Origin: Candidatus Multivoradales bacterium
Lineage (GTDB): Bacteria; Acidobacteriota; Thermoanaerobaculia; Multivoradales; J023
DNA: 64,000 nt
Direction: 5' to 3'
Assembly: GCA_965248925.1 (NCBI GenBank)
Contig: CBDFLE010000005.1
Location: 1,760,001 to 1,824,000 of the forward strand
Shown here: positions 39,519-50,126 of the stretch, in pieces
Layout: each line of letters begins with the position of its first letter
How positions within the stretch are numbered: position 1 is the stretch's first letter
Translations under genes and position numbers: made by a program
The notes under the pieces: model-generated
The model's input: only the letters and a program-made list of their open reading frames with translations
What the model was told of the DNA's origin: nothing
Database searches by the model: none

Positions 39519-41918
39519 TCAGCGCTTCTTGATGCGCGCCAAGACCGCGAAATCAGGGGCCAATTCGAGCTTGGCGGGCCGAATCGGCAGCGGAATTTGG
39601 AAGCTGTCTTGCTCAGCGCTGACCTCTACCAAGAACGTACCGGAGCGTCCATCGGCGAGTCTGAAGACCACTGGTAAAGGCATGTGGAAGCCCGCCGGGG
39701 CGTCGCGCTGTTCGATCTTGAGGTCGACCAGGAAGTGCCCCTCGGCATCGGGCTGTTGGGCGATGTGGTAGCTCCAGACGTAGGTCGGAATGGCGGTGCC
39801 ATAGATCCACTGGTCGAAGAAGAAGCCCCAGTCCATGCCGGTCTGGCGTTCGAGCACCGCCTGAAAATCGGCCGTGGAGGCGTTCTTGCCCTGATTCTGG
39901 CGCACGAAGTCCCGCAGCGCGGCGAGGAAGAGGTCGTCTTTACCCTGCGACTTCGCTTGCAGGATCTTGCGCAACATATGCAGCACCAGCGGCCCTTTGT
40001 AGTAGGCCTGAATGACGTAGCCCTGTGGCATTGCCGCGTTAGAGGCTCGGTAACCGAGGCCAATCGGACCCATGCGCCGCTGATGGCTGAGGTCGACATC
40101 GATCAGGCCCGGCCGGGCAAACTTACTAAAGGCGCCCTTCAACGAGCCCATCAGTAGGCGGGTGTAGGTCTGCAAGATCTCCTCGAAGAGCTTGTCACCA
40201 TTCTTCAACGTCGCCTGGACGAACATCATCGCTGCATATTCGGCGAAAGACTCTGACAGCCACTGATCGCGATAGCTGTGCCAACCGATCCGGTGGCCCC
40301 ACCATTGGTGCGCCGTCTCATGAGCGCGAAATAGCTCGCTGGCTCCGGGGCTCTCCGCCCGGTAGGTGAATTCACTCATGTGAATGAATCCTTCAAAGGC
40401 CTGGCCGTGGCCGGCGTTGATACCGGTCAACTGGACCTTCTCGGTCGGCAGCTGATCGTCGAACAGCCATTGGAAGAATCGCAGGCTGTTGACGACGTCG
40501 GCACCAACATTCTTGATCATCTTGCTGCCGAAACCGCCCGAGACCTGGGGCCCGAAAGACACCACCGTGGGCACCCCTTCGACCTCCAGCACTTCTTCTT
40601 TGAAGCGCGAGCCGTAGGTCAGGCTGCACATTTTGGTGGGCTTTTCCATCACCCACACCGAGGTGGTGACGTCATCGCGAGTGCTCTCTTCAACCTGCTT
40701 GCCGATCGCCCGGACTTCGTGCTTTTTCGGCGCCCGCACGGTGATCCGCGCGGTGTGCAGATTGTTGAGGTTGTCCGGCAGGTTGGGATACCAAGAACGG
40801 CCGGGCAAGAAGTTGCCCACATCGAGCTTGTAGTGCACCTGCAACCGCCGCTCTTGCCCCTCGACCAAAGGGTCATCGAGCAGCACCACCAGCGAGCCGT
40901 CGTAAACCCGCTTGTCGAGATCGGTGCTGCGACCACCGATGTGGTCGCGCAGGAACAGCTGCTCAGCACCCGATTCATCTTTAACCGACCGCACTTCCGC
41001 GGCAGAACTCAGCGCCAGGGGAAGGGCCTTGGCGCCACTCACTAGCGGGGCCAGGTGAATTTCGGCGACAATCTCGGCGACCACCACGTTCAAGCCGCTC
41101 AGACCGACTCGGACCGAGCGCCGCTCACCCGCCAAGTCGACGGTCAGATCGACGTGGTGAATATCGAGCATCGCGCCCCGGTCGCCGCGCGGACGGCCAT
41201 CGGCCAAGCGCTCTTCCGGTGGCTCCAAGCTCAGCCATATCTCGTTGTAGTAGTTGCGCTCGAACTTGGTGAGGCGAATCTCCTCACGCCGTAGATCGTC
41301 CCACTCGTAGGTCAGCCAACCGAGTTCCTCGGTGTCCATCTCGATGTACAAGAAACGGTCGTCGGGAATCTGCAGGCCAGCGACTACTCGCGCATCGAGG
41401 TCGCGAAAGCGTTTCACCAAGCTCAGCTGGTGTCTCTTGCCGAACTCCTTGTGCGGACCATAAGTCAATCCCTGCGGCAGCGCGATCCACTCGGTAACCA
41501 GCGATTCCGAGGTCCGCAGCAGCGCTTTGGTGAAGGTCACGTCGAGCTGCCGCGCCCCCCGCTGATCGAGCTGGCGCTCCAGGTTGTCGGCTTCCACCGG
41601 ATCTGGAACAGTCATCTCGAAATGACCTCGACCCTCGAACCAAAAACCACTGACCAGGCCATCTGAAGTCGGCGGTAGAGTCCAAAGCTGGCCCGACTCG
41701 AGTGCCCAAGAAGCCGTGTCCCGGCGCCAGACGATGCCTGCATCCGGCACCGCCACCGGTGTCGTGCTGGTATGCCATTCGAGCAAGCGCTGATAGTCAG
41801 CATAGGCCTCGGCGGCGCTGCTGGCATCGCTCGGCGGCGCCAGGGCCGGGCTGAACAACAGCGCCAAGGCTAGACAGAGCGCCAGCGAAGGGACAGAAGG
41901 CGGCGATGAACTCGACAT
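39519..41918 (-). CDS. Secreted M1-family (gluzincin) aminopeptidase
   Basis: Signal peptide; AHETAHQWWG (HExxH), WLSESFAEY (third ligand), YYKGPLVLHMLR, FFDQWIYG. Confidence 0.88.
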   Translation of the reverse strand: MSSSSPPSVPSLALCLALALLFSPALAPPSDASSAAEAYADYQRLLEWHTSTTPVAVPDAGIVWRRDTASWALESGQLWTLPPTSDGLVSGFWFEGRGHFEMTVPDPVEADNLERQLDQRGARQLDVTFTKALLRTSESLVTEWIALPQGLTYGPHKEFGKRHQLSLVKRFRDLDARVVAGLQIPDDRFLYIEMDTEELGWLTYEWDDLRREEIRLTKFERNYYNEIWLSLEPPEERLADGRPRGDRGAMLDIHHVDLTVDLAGERRSVRVGLSGLNVVVAEIVAEIHLAPLVSGAKALPLALSSAAEVRSVKDESGAEQLFLRDHIGGRSTDLDKRVYDGSLVVLLDDPLVEGQERRLQVHYKLDVGNFLPGRSWYPNLPDNLNNLHTARITVRAPKKHEVRAIGKQVEESTRDDVTTSVWVMEKPTKMCSLTYGSRFKEEVLEVEGVPTVVSFGPQVSGGFGSKMIKNVGADVVNSLRFFQWLFDDQLPTEKVQLTGINAGHGQAFEGFIHMSEFTYRAESPGASELFRAHETAHQWWGHRIGWHSYRDQWLSESFAEYAAMMFVQATLKNGDKLFEEILQTYTRLLMGSLKGAFSKFARPGLIDVDLSHQRRMGPIGLGYRASNAAMPQGYVIQAYYKGPLVLHMLRKILQAKSQGKDDLFLAALRDFVRQNQGKNASTADFQAVLERQTGMDWGFFFDQWIYGTAIPTYVWSYHIAQQPDAEGHFLVDLKIEQRDAPAGFHMPLPVVFRLADGRSGTFLVEVSAEQDSFQIPLPIRPAKLELAPDFAVLARIKKR

Positions 41919-42081
41919 GTTGTAGATCTCCAGGAGGGGAATATTCTCCAATCTCGGCCAGTAAGGCTGAGCAGCCTCCTTCCCTACTCAAGGCGCTTCG
42001 CCTGGCAATTTGTTACCAGCCAACCTAAGAAAAGCTCCTCAATCTAGCATCGAGATGAGGATCGACCGCAAGATCGGCGGC

Positions 42082-42123
42082 AAAGAGACAGAAGCCGCTG
42101 CCCCGGAATACGAAGCAGCGGCC
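42082..42123 (-). terminator. Intrinsic terminator of the di-heme protein gene
   Basis: Minus strand GCCGCTGCTTCG/CGGGGCAGCGGC stem followed by TTCTGTCTCTTT. Confidence 0.6.
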
Positions 42124-42148
42124 TTTCAAGTCCTTGGTCGAGCGAGGA

Positions 42149-43625
42149 CTATTCAGGTCCTTCGGAGGCGATCTGGAACAACGCTCCCAGGTTGATGCTG
42201 CCGTGGTTGCCAGGCACCCGCGGGTCGTTGGCTTTCGGGTCGCCCAGGTTCAGGTTCGACGCCGTGTCGTCGGGCGGGAACAGGATCAGGGTCTCCAGGA
42301 ACTCGAGGATCTTGCGCTGGTTGTTGTCGCTCAAGTGTGCATACGCCAAGGTCGAGTGCGCTGCTTCGCCACCATGCCGGCGGATCACCGCGTCGAGGTT
42401 GATGCTGCGACCATCGTGGCCGTAGGGCCCGGTGGTGCCGACGCCCCACAATGGCTCGGTAACGTGCATGAAGATCCGCGTGCCATCGAAATCACGCTCC
42501 TCGAAATTGGGGCCAAGATAGTGACCCTTCAAGTCCGAGAAGAAGTTACGCACCACGAACGAATCCTCGTTCGGCAAAAGCTGGGGAAAGGGATCGCCAT
42601 CGGCCATTACGTGGAAGAGGGTCGATGCAGTGCGAAGAGCTCGTTGAAGATCCCGTTCACCGGATCGAAAACCGTCTCGACATCGGCCACCCGGCGGTCG
42701 TGCTCGATCTCCAGATTGGCCACATGGCAATCGGTGCAACCGATCCGACTCATCAGGCGTCGCCCCTGGATGGCGCGGTGGCTGACCAGGTATTGCCCCG
42801 GCTTGAAGTAGTTCAGCAGATAGAAATCCAGGTGGTCCACCAAAGCCGGATCGAATTCGTCGACCACCCCGTCGCCGTCGACATCGGTAACCGTGTCGCA
42901 GACCGGCGGCCTCTCGAAGGTGTCTTCCGCCGGGTCATAGTGAAAACCGGCGGGGCTGGTCATCGCCTGCGGATTGCCGGGATCGGTCACCGCGCAGAGC
43001 ACCGGGTCAGAGGCCTGCATACCCATCTCCGCGTTCAGCGCGCCGATGATGAACTCGCGCATGGTGATCGTCGCACCCTGGTGGAAGAACGGCTTGACCC
43101 GCAGATCGGCGTCGACGCCCTCGACTTGCGAGGTATCCACCGAGCCATTGGCAAGGGCGGTGATCTTGCCGAATCTGATCTGCTTGGTCACCAGGTGTCG
43201 AGTGACAGCATGGCCGCTGTTCTGGGCATCAGTTTTGGCCTGATCGCGGATCGCTCGCAGATCCGTGGTCATCTCGTCGGCCAGCATCTCGACCAAGCCG
43301 AGGCCATCGAGGTGCGGAGAATCGCGACTATCCGGGAAGGTGTTGACGTCGCCGCCGAATTCAGCCCACCCCGCGGCCTACCGTGGCAAGACGCACAGCT
43401 GTCAGAGATGCCGGCACCGAGCGCCCGCATCTGAGTGATGTCGCCCGTCGACCAGAGGTCAACCCGCGGGCCTTGGCCTTCGTCGTGGGTGAACTTGCGC
43501 TGGAAGAGCTGACGACCCCGACGCACCGACCGTGCTGGATGGCGCTTGATCAGATAGACCGCCGAGCCGGGGGTGTTGACATCACCATGACCGGCACCGA
43601 CCTGGTCGGCCAGGGTGCGGGCGAT
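42149..43625 (-). pseudogene. Frameshifted, 5'-truncated di-heme oxidoreductase (thiol oxidoreductase-like) gene
   Basis: Three frames join into one protein with CASCH and CTDCH heme motifs, FFSDLKGH and TEPLWGVGTTGPYGHDGRS...HGGE; shifts near 43365 and 42635. Confidence 0.75.
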
Positions 43626-43629
43626 ACAC

Positions 43630-43921
43630 TGAGCGGAGTGCGGATCCAACCTTGCCGCTTTCTCATAGAGCTGAAGTGCCGCGGAGCATGCATCGAGAGT
43701 GTCGCGTCGCTAACCACCCGCCCTTGCCACACTGCGCGCCACAGCTCGTCTTTCGAGACGACCCGGCCGGCGTTACGGATCAGGTGCGAAAGCACCTCCA
43801 ACACCTGCGGTTCGCCAGCGATCAAGCGGCCGCGACAGCGCAATTCGTAGCTCTCCAAGCAGAGTTCGAATTCACCGAAGCGCAAAGTCTCACAGCGAGC
43901 TGAATGTTGCTGAGCAAGCAT
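43630..43921 (-). pseudogene. Remnant of a CadC/OmpR-type winged-HTH-TPR regulator
   Basis: LRFGEFEL...EPQVLEVLSHLIRNAGRVVSKDELWRAVWQGRVVSDATL ends abruptly; the adjacent frame gives TPR-like LYEKAARLDPHSA. Confidence 0.7.
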
Positions 43922-44241
43922 CTTTCGGGAAATTGCCATCGGCGGCTGATCTCTTCCGTATGCTGGGTCTTCCCGGCTTCCACCCGCACTGGACCCAGGA
44001 GTTGTCGCAAGCATCGAACCAAGAATATCGCCACTAGTCTATGCAACAAAAGCCGCCGGGGCAAATTTGGCAAGTTTTTCCGTGTTTTTTGAAGTACTCG
44101 GTAAGTACTCGGTACAGGATCTCGAAATCGGTGACCCGCGGCTTGGTCAGAGCCAGAACTGACACCCACGGGTCAACATTGTGGCGCCGCCACGGCGCTG
44201 CTAATCTTGGCCGCTCGCACGGATAGGATTCAGGAGCCCCA

Positions 44242-45489
44242 ATGTTCGATGATGTCGCCCTAGCACCGGCTGACTCCATTCTTGGCTTGGTCGAGGCCTT
44301 CGAGGCCGATCCACGGCCGGACAAGATCAATCTTGGTATTGGCGTCTACCGCGACGACACCGGGCGCACGCCGGTCTTTGCCGCTATCACCGAGGCCGAA
44401 AGACAGCTGGTGGCGGCACAGCGGCCGAAGACTTATTTGCCGATCGCCGGCATAGCCGACTACAACCGCCAGATCGGCGAATTGATCTTCGGCGCCGCGC
44501 ACCCGGCACTGGCTGATCGGCGCTTGGTGACGGTACAGTCCCCCGGTGGCACGGGCGGCCTGAGGATCGCCGCTGACTTCTTGCGCTCGATCACTCCGCG
44601 GCCAGTGTTGTGGCTCGGCGAACCCAGCTGGCCCAATCACCGGCCACTGTTCGAAAGCGCCGGCTTCACCGTCAATACGTATTCGCACCGCGACCCGCGC
44701 AGCCACAGTTTGGCTTTTGCTGAACTGGCCGAGGCTCTCACTCAAGTGCGCCCCGGCGATGTAGTCCTGCTACACGGCTGCTGCCACAATCCAACCGGCA
44801 TCGATCCGACTGGCGATCAGTGGCGGCAGATCATCGACTGGCTCAGTGAGCGTCAGGCGCTGCCGCTGATCGACCTCGCCTACCAGGGCTTCGGCGCCGG
44901 CATCGAGGAGGATGTGGCCCCTTTGCAGCAGCTCGCCGAGCGCTGCGGGGAACTATTGGTGGCGTCGAGCACGTCGAAAAACTTCGGTCTCTACGGCGAG
45001 CGGGTCGGCGCCCTGCATGTGCTCACCGACAACCCCCGGGCCGCTAGCGCGGTGCTCAGTCAACTGAAAGTCTGTATTCGGCGCAGTTACTCCAGCCCGC
45101 CGACCCACGGCGCGGCCATGGTCGCCGCCGTGCTGGCGGTTCCGCGACTGCGCTCCTCCTGGCACCGTGAACTCGACACCATGCGCCAGCGCATCCATCG
45201 CCTTCGCCGGGATCTGGCAGCCGGTCTCGATCGGCGCGGTATACGGCTAAGCGCCGTCGGCAATGACTTTATGACCCGGCAGATCGGCATGTTCTCTTTT
45301 ACCGGCCTCGACCCCGAGCAGGTCCTGCGGTTGCGAACAGAGCATGGCATCTATGTTGTCGATTCGGGGCGGATCAACGTCGCTGGCATCCGCGAAAGCG
45401 ACCTCGACCGGGTGTGCGACGCGATCGGCGCGGTCAGCCTACTCACCAAGGTTTCACCCGCCGCCAGCTTAGGGCCCGCGAAAGCATAG
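44242..45489 (+). CDS. aspC: Aspartate/aromatic amino acid aminotransferase (AspC/TyrB family)
   Basis: KINLGIGVYRD, QSPGGTGGL, LHGCCHNPTGID, DLAYQGFG, SKNFGLYGERVG, GRINVAG. Confidence 0.92.
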   Translation: MFDDVALAPADSILGLVEAFEADPRPDKINLGIGVYRDDTGRTPVFAAITEAERQLVAAQRPKTYLPIAGIADYNRQIGELIFGAAHPALADRRLVTVQSPGGTGGLRIAADFLRSITPRPVLWLGEPSWPNHRPLFESAGFTVNTYSHRDPRSHSLAFAELAEALTQVRPGDVVLLHGCCHNPTGIDPTGDQWRQIIDWLSERQALPLIDLAYQGFGAGIEEDVAPLQQLAERCGELLVASSTSKNFGLYGERVGALHVLTDNPRAASAVLSQLKVCIRRSYSSPPTHGAAMVAAVLAVPRLRSSWHRELDTMRQRIHRLRRDLAAGLDRRGIRLSAVGNDFMTRQIGMFSFTGLDPEQVLRLRTEHGIYVVDSGRINVAGIRESDLDRVCDAIGAVSLLTKVSPAASLGPAKA

Positions 45490-45794
45490 ATTCTCAGACG
45501 CAAAGTAGAGAAATCTCTGGCAGACGCTGTTTCTCAGCACCACTAAGCCGACTGTTCTAGAATTGTGGCTCAGATATCCGAAGCTGGCTCGCCGGTCGTC
45601 TGGACCCTCTCCGCGAGATCTCTTTGGCTATCGTTTGAGTTTCAAAACTAGGAGACTTGCGACCGACTTGCGGTCGTCGTCTTCCGATGGGGCTCCCGGA
45701 CAGCCGGGATCGTTCGAAGGAGTGTCGGCTCACTCTGGCTTAGGCTTTGCGGTGGGCAGACAAATCCTCTTCAGACAACACTCAGGAGAAGTCG

Positions 45795-48194
45795 ATGAAA
45801 CGTTTGTCGTGCGCCTTGCTCATCTCATTGCTGCTGGCGCTACCAGCTATCGCCGCCGACGAAGGCATCCAAGCCGAGAGTGTGCAGCTGGTCAAAGCCG
45901 GCTCCGCCCCGACCCTCAAAGAGATCCTCCGCCAACACCCAGCCGACACTCCGACCTCTTTCGGCGAGGTCCGCGAGGTGGTCAACCGCTCCCCCGAATG
46001 GCTGCTTGATCGTCAGCCCAGCAGCTCCCCCGCCGACCCGCTGCTCGACCTGGGCCTGATCGAAAGCCTGGCGCCAGCCGCCTCGTTGAGCGTCGAGGGC
46101 TACGCGAATACCGACAACGGCGCGTTGTTCGGATTCCTGATCTCGCCGCCGGATACCAATGGCGATGTCGGGGTTGAGTTCTACGTCCAGTACGTCAACC
46201 TTGGCTGGGAAGTCTTCGCCAAGGCCACCGGCGCATCGGTGGGCGGTGGCCCCTTTGCCGGCAACATCTTCTGGCAGGGATTCGGCGGTGTTTGTGAGAG
46301 CGACAACGCGGGCGATCCGATTGTGCTCTACGATCACTTGGCTGGCGAGTGGGTGTTCTCTCAGTTCACCTCGTCGGGCAATCCCGACGGCCACCAATGC
46401 TTCGCCATCAGCCAGGGTGGCAGCCCCTTTGGCCCCTACCTGCTCTATGACTTCCTGGTCAGCCCAGCGGCCTTCAACGATTATCCGAAGATTGCCCTGT
46501 GGCCCGATGCCTACTACATGACCACCAACGAGTTCACCGCCAGCTTCGTCGGGGTCAACATCACCGCTTTTGATCGCGCCGGTCTGCTGACCGGTACCGG
46601 TAACGCGGTGCAGGTCTCGCTCCCCTTCACCGGCGCGGCGCCGGTCCGTTTCAGCTTGCAGCCATCGCACCTCGAAGGTGGCAGTCCGCCGCCGGCCGGC
46701 GGCACTTGCAATCTGATCGTCCAGTCTTTCGACGACGATACCTGGGGCAATGGCGGTGGGCCGGATGGCTACCAATTCTGGGAATTCTGCCCGGACTTCG
46801 TCACCGCCGCCAACTCGACCTTCACCACCGGACCTTTCCTCACCGCGCCGGCCTTTAACTTCGGCCTGACCAGCGTGCCGCAGCGGGGCACCACTCAGGT
46901 CTTGGATCCCCTCGGCCAATTCACCATGTACCGCTTTGGCACCCGTGCCGAGGGCGGCAATCTGGTGGGCGCGTTAGCCCACACCGTCGATGTCGGCGCG
47001 GGTCGCAACGGCATTCGCTGGGCGACCTTCGACCTGCCAAGCTTGGCCGGGGTTGGGATCAGCGATACCGGCACCTTCGCCCCCGGCAGCGAACACCGCT
47101 GGACCCCCTCGGCAACCCTCGACAGCGTCGGCAACCTGGGGATCGTCTACTCTCGGTCCAGCAGCGAGTCCTTCCCCTCGGTGTACTTCAGCGGCCGGGA
47201 GTCCAGCGATCCGGCTGGCACTCTGCAGGCCGAGTCGGTGTGTATCGATGGCACCGGCAGCTACCTGGGCTCGTCCCGCTGGGGCGACTACGCCACCGCC
47301 AGCGTCGATCCGGTCGACGGTTGTACCTTCTGGGTCACCAATGAGTATGTCGAAACCACCGGCGCGGTGCCCTGGAAGACCCGCATCTGCTCCTACAAAT
47401 TCCCCTCTTGCGGCAGCACCGTCGGTGGCCCCTTGCAAGCCGCCCAGCAGACCACTGACGAGCAGATCCGCACGGTGGCACTGACCGGCTTCACCAACCC
47501 GGTAGTGACCATGGGACCGCCTTCGTTCGTCGGCAGCCAACCGACCACGGTGCGGGTGCGCAACGTCACCGCAAGTAGTTTCCAGCAGAATCTCCAGGAG
47601 TGGGACTACCTCGATGGCAGCCATGTTGAAGAGACTATCGGCTACCTGGCCCTCGATGCCGGCGCGCAGAACCTCGGCAGCTTGGCCGCGGAAGCCGGGA
47701 CGGTGAACCTGAACCAAAACTGGACGACGGTGAACTTCTCCCAGACCTTCGCCAGCGCCCCGGTGGTATTCGCCCAGACAGCCTCCTTTGCCGGTAGCCA
47801 GGCAGTGACCGAGCGCATCCGCGACGTCACCACCACCAGCTTCCAGGTGCGGTTGCAGGAGGAAGAGGCTAACGACGACATTCACAACACCGAAATAGTG
47901 CATTGGATCGCGGTGGCAACCGGATCCACCACGGTGGATGGCCGTCCCTTGCTAGTCGGGCGCACCACAAATTCCGTGACGCAGAATTTCACTACCATCA
48001 ACTTCGGCGCTAGTGTTACCAACCCGATTCTGATCGCCGACATGCAAACCTACGATGGCCGCGACACGGCTGCCCTGCGCTACCTCAATTTGAGCGCCAC
48101 GACAGTGGAGATCAAGATCGAGGAAGAGAAGTCGGCCGACACTGAAATCAACCACACCTCCGAGGTAGTTGGCTGGTTGGTCATCGGTCCCTGA
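45795..48194 (+). CDS. Secreted beta-rich protein with C-terminal H-type-lectin-like repeats
   Basis: AGGAG RBS; signal peptide; PPDTNGDVG, GDPIVLYD, DYPK, RWGDY core; three repeats such as VRVRNVTASSF...QEWDYLDGSH.EE.IGY. Confidence 0.7.
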   Translation: MKRLSCALLISLLLALPAIAADEGIQAESVQLVKAGSAPTLKEILRQHPADTPTSFGEVREVVNRSPEWLLDRQPSSSPADPLLDLGLIESLAPAASLSVEGYANTDNGALFGFLISPPDTNGDVGVEFYVQYVNLGWEVFAKATGASVGGGPFAGNIFWQGFGGVCESDNAGDPIVLYDHLAGEWVFSQFTSSGNPDGHQCFAISQGGSPFGPYLLYDFLVSPAAFNDYPKIALWPDAYYMTTNEFTASFVGVNITAFDRAGLLTGTGNAVQVSLPFTGAAPVRFSLQPSHLEGGSPPPAGGTCNLIVQSFDDDTWGNGGGPDGYQFWEFCPDFVTAANSTFTTGPFLTAPAFNFGLTSVPQRGTTQVLDPLGQFTMYRFGTRAEGGNLVGALAHTVDVGAGRNGIRWATFDLPSLAGVGISDTGTFAPGSEHRWTPSATLDSVGNLGIVYSRSSSESFPSVYFSGRESSDPAGTLQAESVCIDGTGSYLGSSRWGDYATASVDPVDGCTFWVTNEYVETTGAVPWKTRICSYKFPSCGSTVGGPLQAAQQTTDEQIRTVALTGFTNPVVTMGPPSFVGSQPTTVRVRNVTASSFQQNLQEWDYLDGSHVEETIGYLALDAGAQNLGSLAAEAGTVNLNQNWTTVNFSQTFASAPVVFAQTASFAGSQAVTERIRDVTTTSFQVRLQEEEANDDIHNTEIVHWIAVATGSTTVDGRPLLVGRTTNSVTQNFTTINFGASVTNPILIADMQTYDGRDTAALRYLNLSATTVEIKIEEEKSADTEINHTSEVVGWLVIGP

Positions 48195-48328
48195 CCCTGG
48201 TTTCAGCAGGCGTAGCCAACACTGTAACCAGCCCGCGCGACGTGTCGTTCCCGAGAACGGCGAGTCGCGCGGGGTTCTTGCCGTGACTGGCTGCCCACCT
48301 TTGAAAAAGGGTCCCAAGGGCGAAGTCA

Positions 48329-48590
48329 ATGCGTCGTTCAATGCTCTTAATACTCGCCCTCTCGCTGCTGGCGCTGCCCGTGCTTGGCCAAAGAAGAAGT
48401 CAGTTTCAGCTCTGTTGAGCTGGTCAAGTCCGGCACCGCGCCGACCCTGCAACAGATCTCGCGGGCGCACCCGCAGACTACTCCCACCGCCTACGGCGAA
48501 GTCAGCGAGGTCGTCAACCGATCCCCGGAATGGCTGCTCAATCGGGGGAGCATTTCGAGTCCCGCTGACCCGCTGCTCGACCTGGGCCTC
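48329..48590 (+). pseudogene. Truncated, frameshifted paralog of the 45795 gene N-terminus
   Basis: SVELVKSGTAPTL...GEVSEVVNRSPEWLL...SSPADPLLDLGL matches the upstream protein; the signal peptide is in another frame; ends at the IS3 left end. Confidence 0.8.
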
Positions 48591-49426
48591 TGGAGTTGAC
48601 CCGGTTTAGTGGCCACTTCACCCACTGGGTGCAAGGAGGTCACAATGCCGAGAACACGGGTAGCATATACGCCGGAGTTTCGCTGCCGGCTGGTGGAGTT
48701 GGCACGTTCGGGTCGATCACTGAGTTCGTTGGTTCGGGAGTTTGAGCCGACGGTCGAGTCCATCCGCAAATGGGTCCGCCAAGCAGATCTGGACGAGAGG
48801 CATCGCGACGATGGTCTGACGACGGTTGAACAGCAAGAGATTCGTCGGCTTAGGCGCGAGGTTCGTCGGCTGGTCCATGAGGACACACCTTCGCTCCGGC
48901 CTGGTGCTTGAGGCGCTTGAGATGGCGCTTCATCAACGGCGGCCGAAGTCGGTCATCCATCACTCGGATCAAGGCACGCAATATACCTCGATCGCCTTGG
49001 GTCTACGCCGCAAGCGGGCAGGCGTGAGGTCCTCGATGGGCTCGGTCGGTGATTGCTTTGATAACGCCGCCATGTGCGAGAGCTTCTTTGCAACGCTCGA
49101 GTGCGAGTTGCTGGAGCGACACAAATTTCGCACGCAGATCGACGCTCGAGTGGCGACCTCCGATTTAGTCGAGGGCTGGTACAACCCACATCGACGCCAC
49201 TCTGCCTTGGGTTATCTCGGTCCCATGACGTTTGAAAGTCGTGAACTGGAACGCGCCGCATGAACGGCGACGATCAGAGGGGTATGGAAGCTGCCGCTGC
49301 TGCGGAAATCGCTGTGAGCTTACCGCATCCGCTTGGAAAACGCTGCGCGTTTCCCACAGCTCCCACACCCCCGACGACGACAGAGGTTCGAAGAGATAAA
49401 CTGTCCACCAAACCGGGGTGGCTCCA
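48591..49426 (+). mobile_element. IS3-family element with internal deletion
   Basis: IRL TGGAGTTGACCCGGTTTAGTGGCCACT and IRR (reverse complement) TGGAGCCACCCCGGTTTGGTGGACAGT; CTC on both flanks; orfA MPRTRVAYTPEFR joined to an rve C-terminus with HHSDQGTQY, DNA..ESFFATL, YNPHRRHSALGYL. Confidence 0.9.
49279..49379 (+). other. Structured three-way-junction element inside IS3, 3' of the transposase
   Basis: GGGGTATGGAAGCTG...TGCGG/CCGCA...TGGAAAACGC/GCGTTTCCCA...CAGCTCCCACACCCC-CGACGACG; homologous to 52496-52612. Confidence 0.65.
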
Positions 49427-49428
49427 CT

Positions 49429-49476
49429 CTTAGGCAACTACTTAGAAAGCTACTTAGACAGCTACATAAACAGCGA
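49429..49476. repeat. Four imperfect tandem 12-mers
   Basis: CTTAGGCAACTA CTTAGAAAGCTA CTTAGACAGCTA CATAAACAGCGA. Confidence 0.65.
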
Positions 49477-49490
49477 AAGAAGAGTTAGCG

Positions 49491-50111
49491 ATGATCGATC
49501 ATTTACTGTGGGCGGTGCCCGAACTCGAACGTGGTATCGACCAATTCGCCGAACTCAGCGGCGTCCGCGCCGCCCACGGCGGCAGCCATCCGGGGCTCGG
49601 CACTCACAACGCACTTCTCGACCTCGGTGCAGGGCGCTACCTGGAGATCCTGGCCAGCGATCCGGCTCAGCGCGGCGACCGGCGGAGCTTTGGTCGCTGG
49701 CTCGATGGGCTAACAGAACCTCGCTTGCTGACTTGGGCGGCACCCACCACCGACGCTGAAGCACTCGCCGCCCGAGCACTCGCGGCCGGATTGCAGCCCG
49801 CGACGATCGTCGAAATTACCCGCCAACGCCTTGAAGGAGGTCAGTTTCGCGGCCGCCTATTGGAGATCGGCGGCCATCCTTTTGGCCTCATCTTGCCGTT
49901 CTTCATCCAACGAGACCAGAACTCGGCCCATCCGAGCCGCGATGCGCCACGAGGAATCGAGCTAACCAACTTCGAGTTGAACCACCCGGAGGCCGAGGAT
50001 CTCCGACGCACTCTCACTCATTTGGATCTGGAATTCAGCGTTCGAGCCGCCGGGCAAACCGCCCTGCGGGCGACGCTGGCAACCCCGCAGGGCTTGATCA
50101 AGCTCGGCTGA
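49491..50111 (+). CDS. VOC/glyoxalase-like (Glyoxalase_3) protein
   Basis: IDHLLWAVPELERG, GGSHPGLGTHNALL.LG..YLEILA.DP, LPFFIQ. Confidence 0.88.
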   Translation: MIDHLLWAVPELERGIDQFAELSGVRAAHGGSHPGLGTHNALLDLGAGRYLEILASDPAQRGDRRSFGRWLDGLTEPRLLTWAAPTTDAEALAARALAAGLQPATIVEITRQRLEGGQFRGRLLEIGGHPFGLILPFFIQRDQNSAHPSRDAPRGIELTNFELNHPEAEDLRRTLTHLDLEFSVRAAGQTALRATLATPQGLIKLG

Positions 50112-50126
50112 CGGCCTCGGCCCGTC

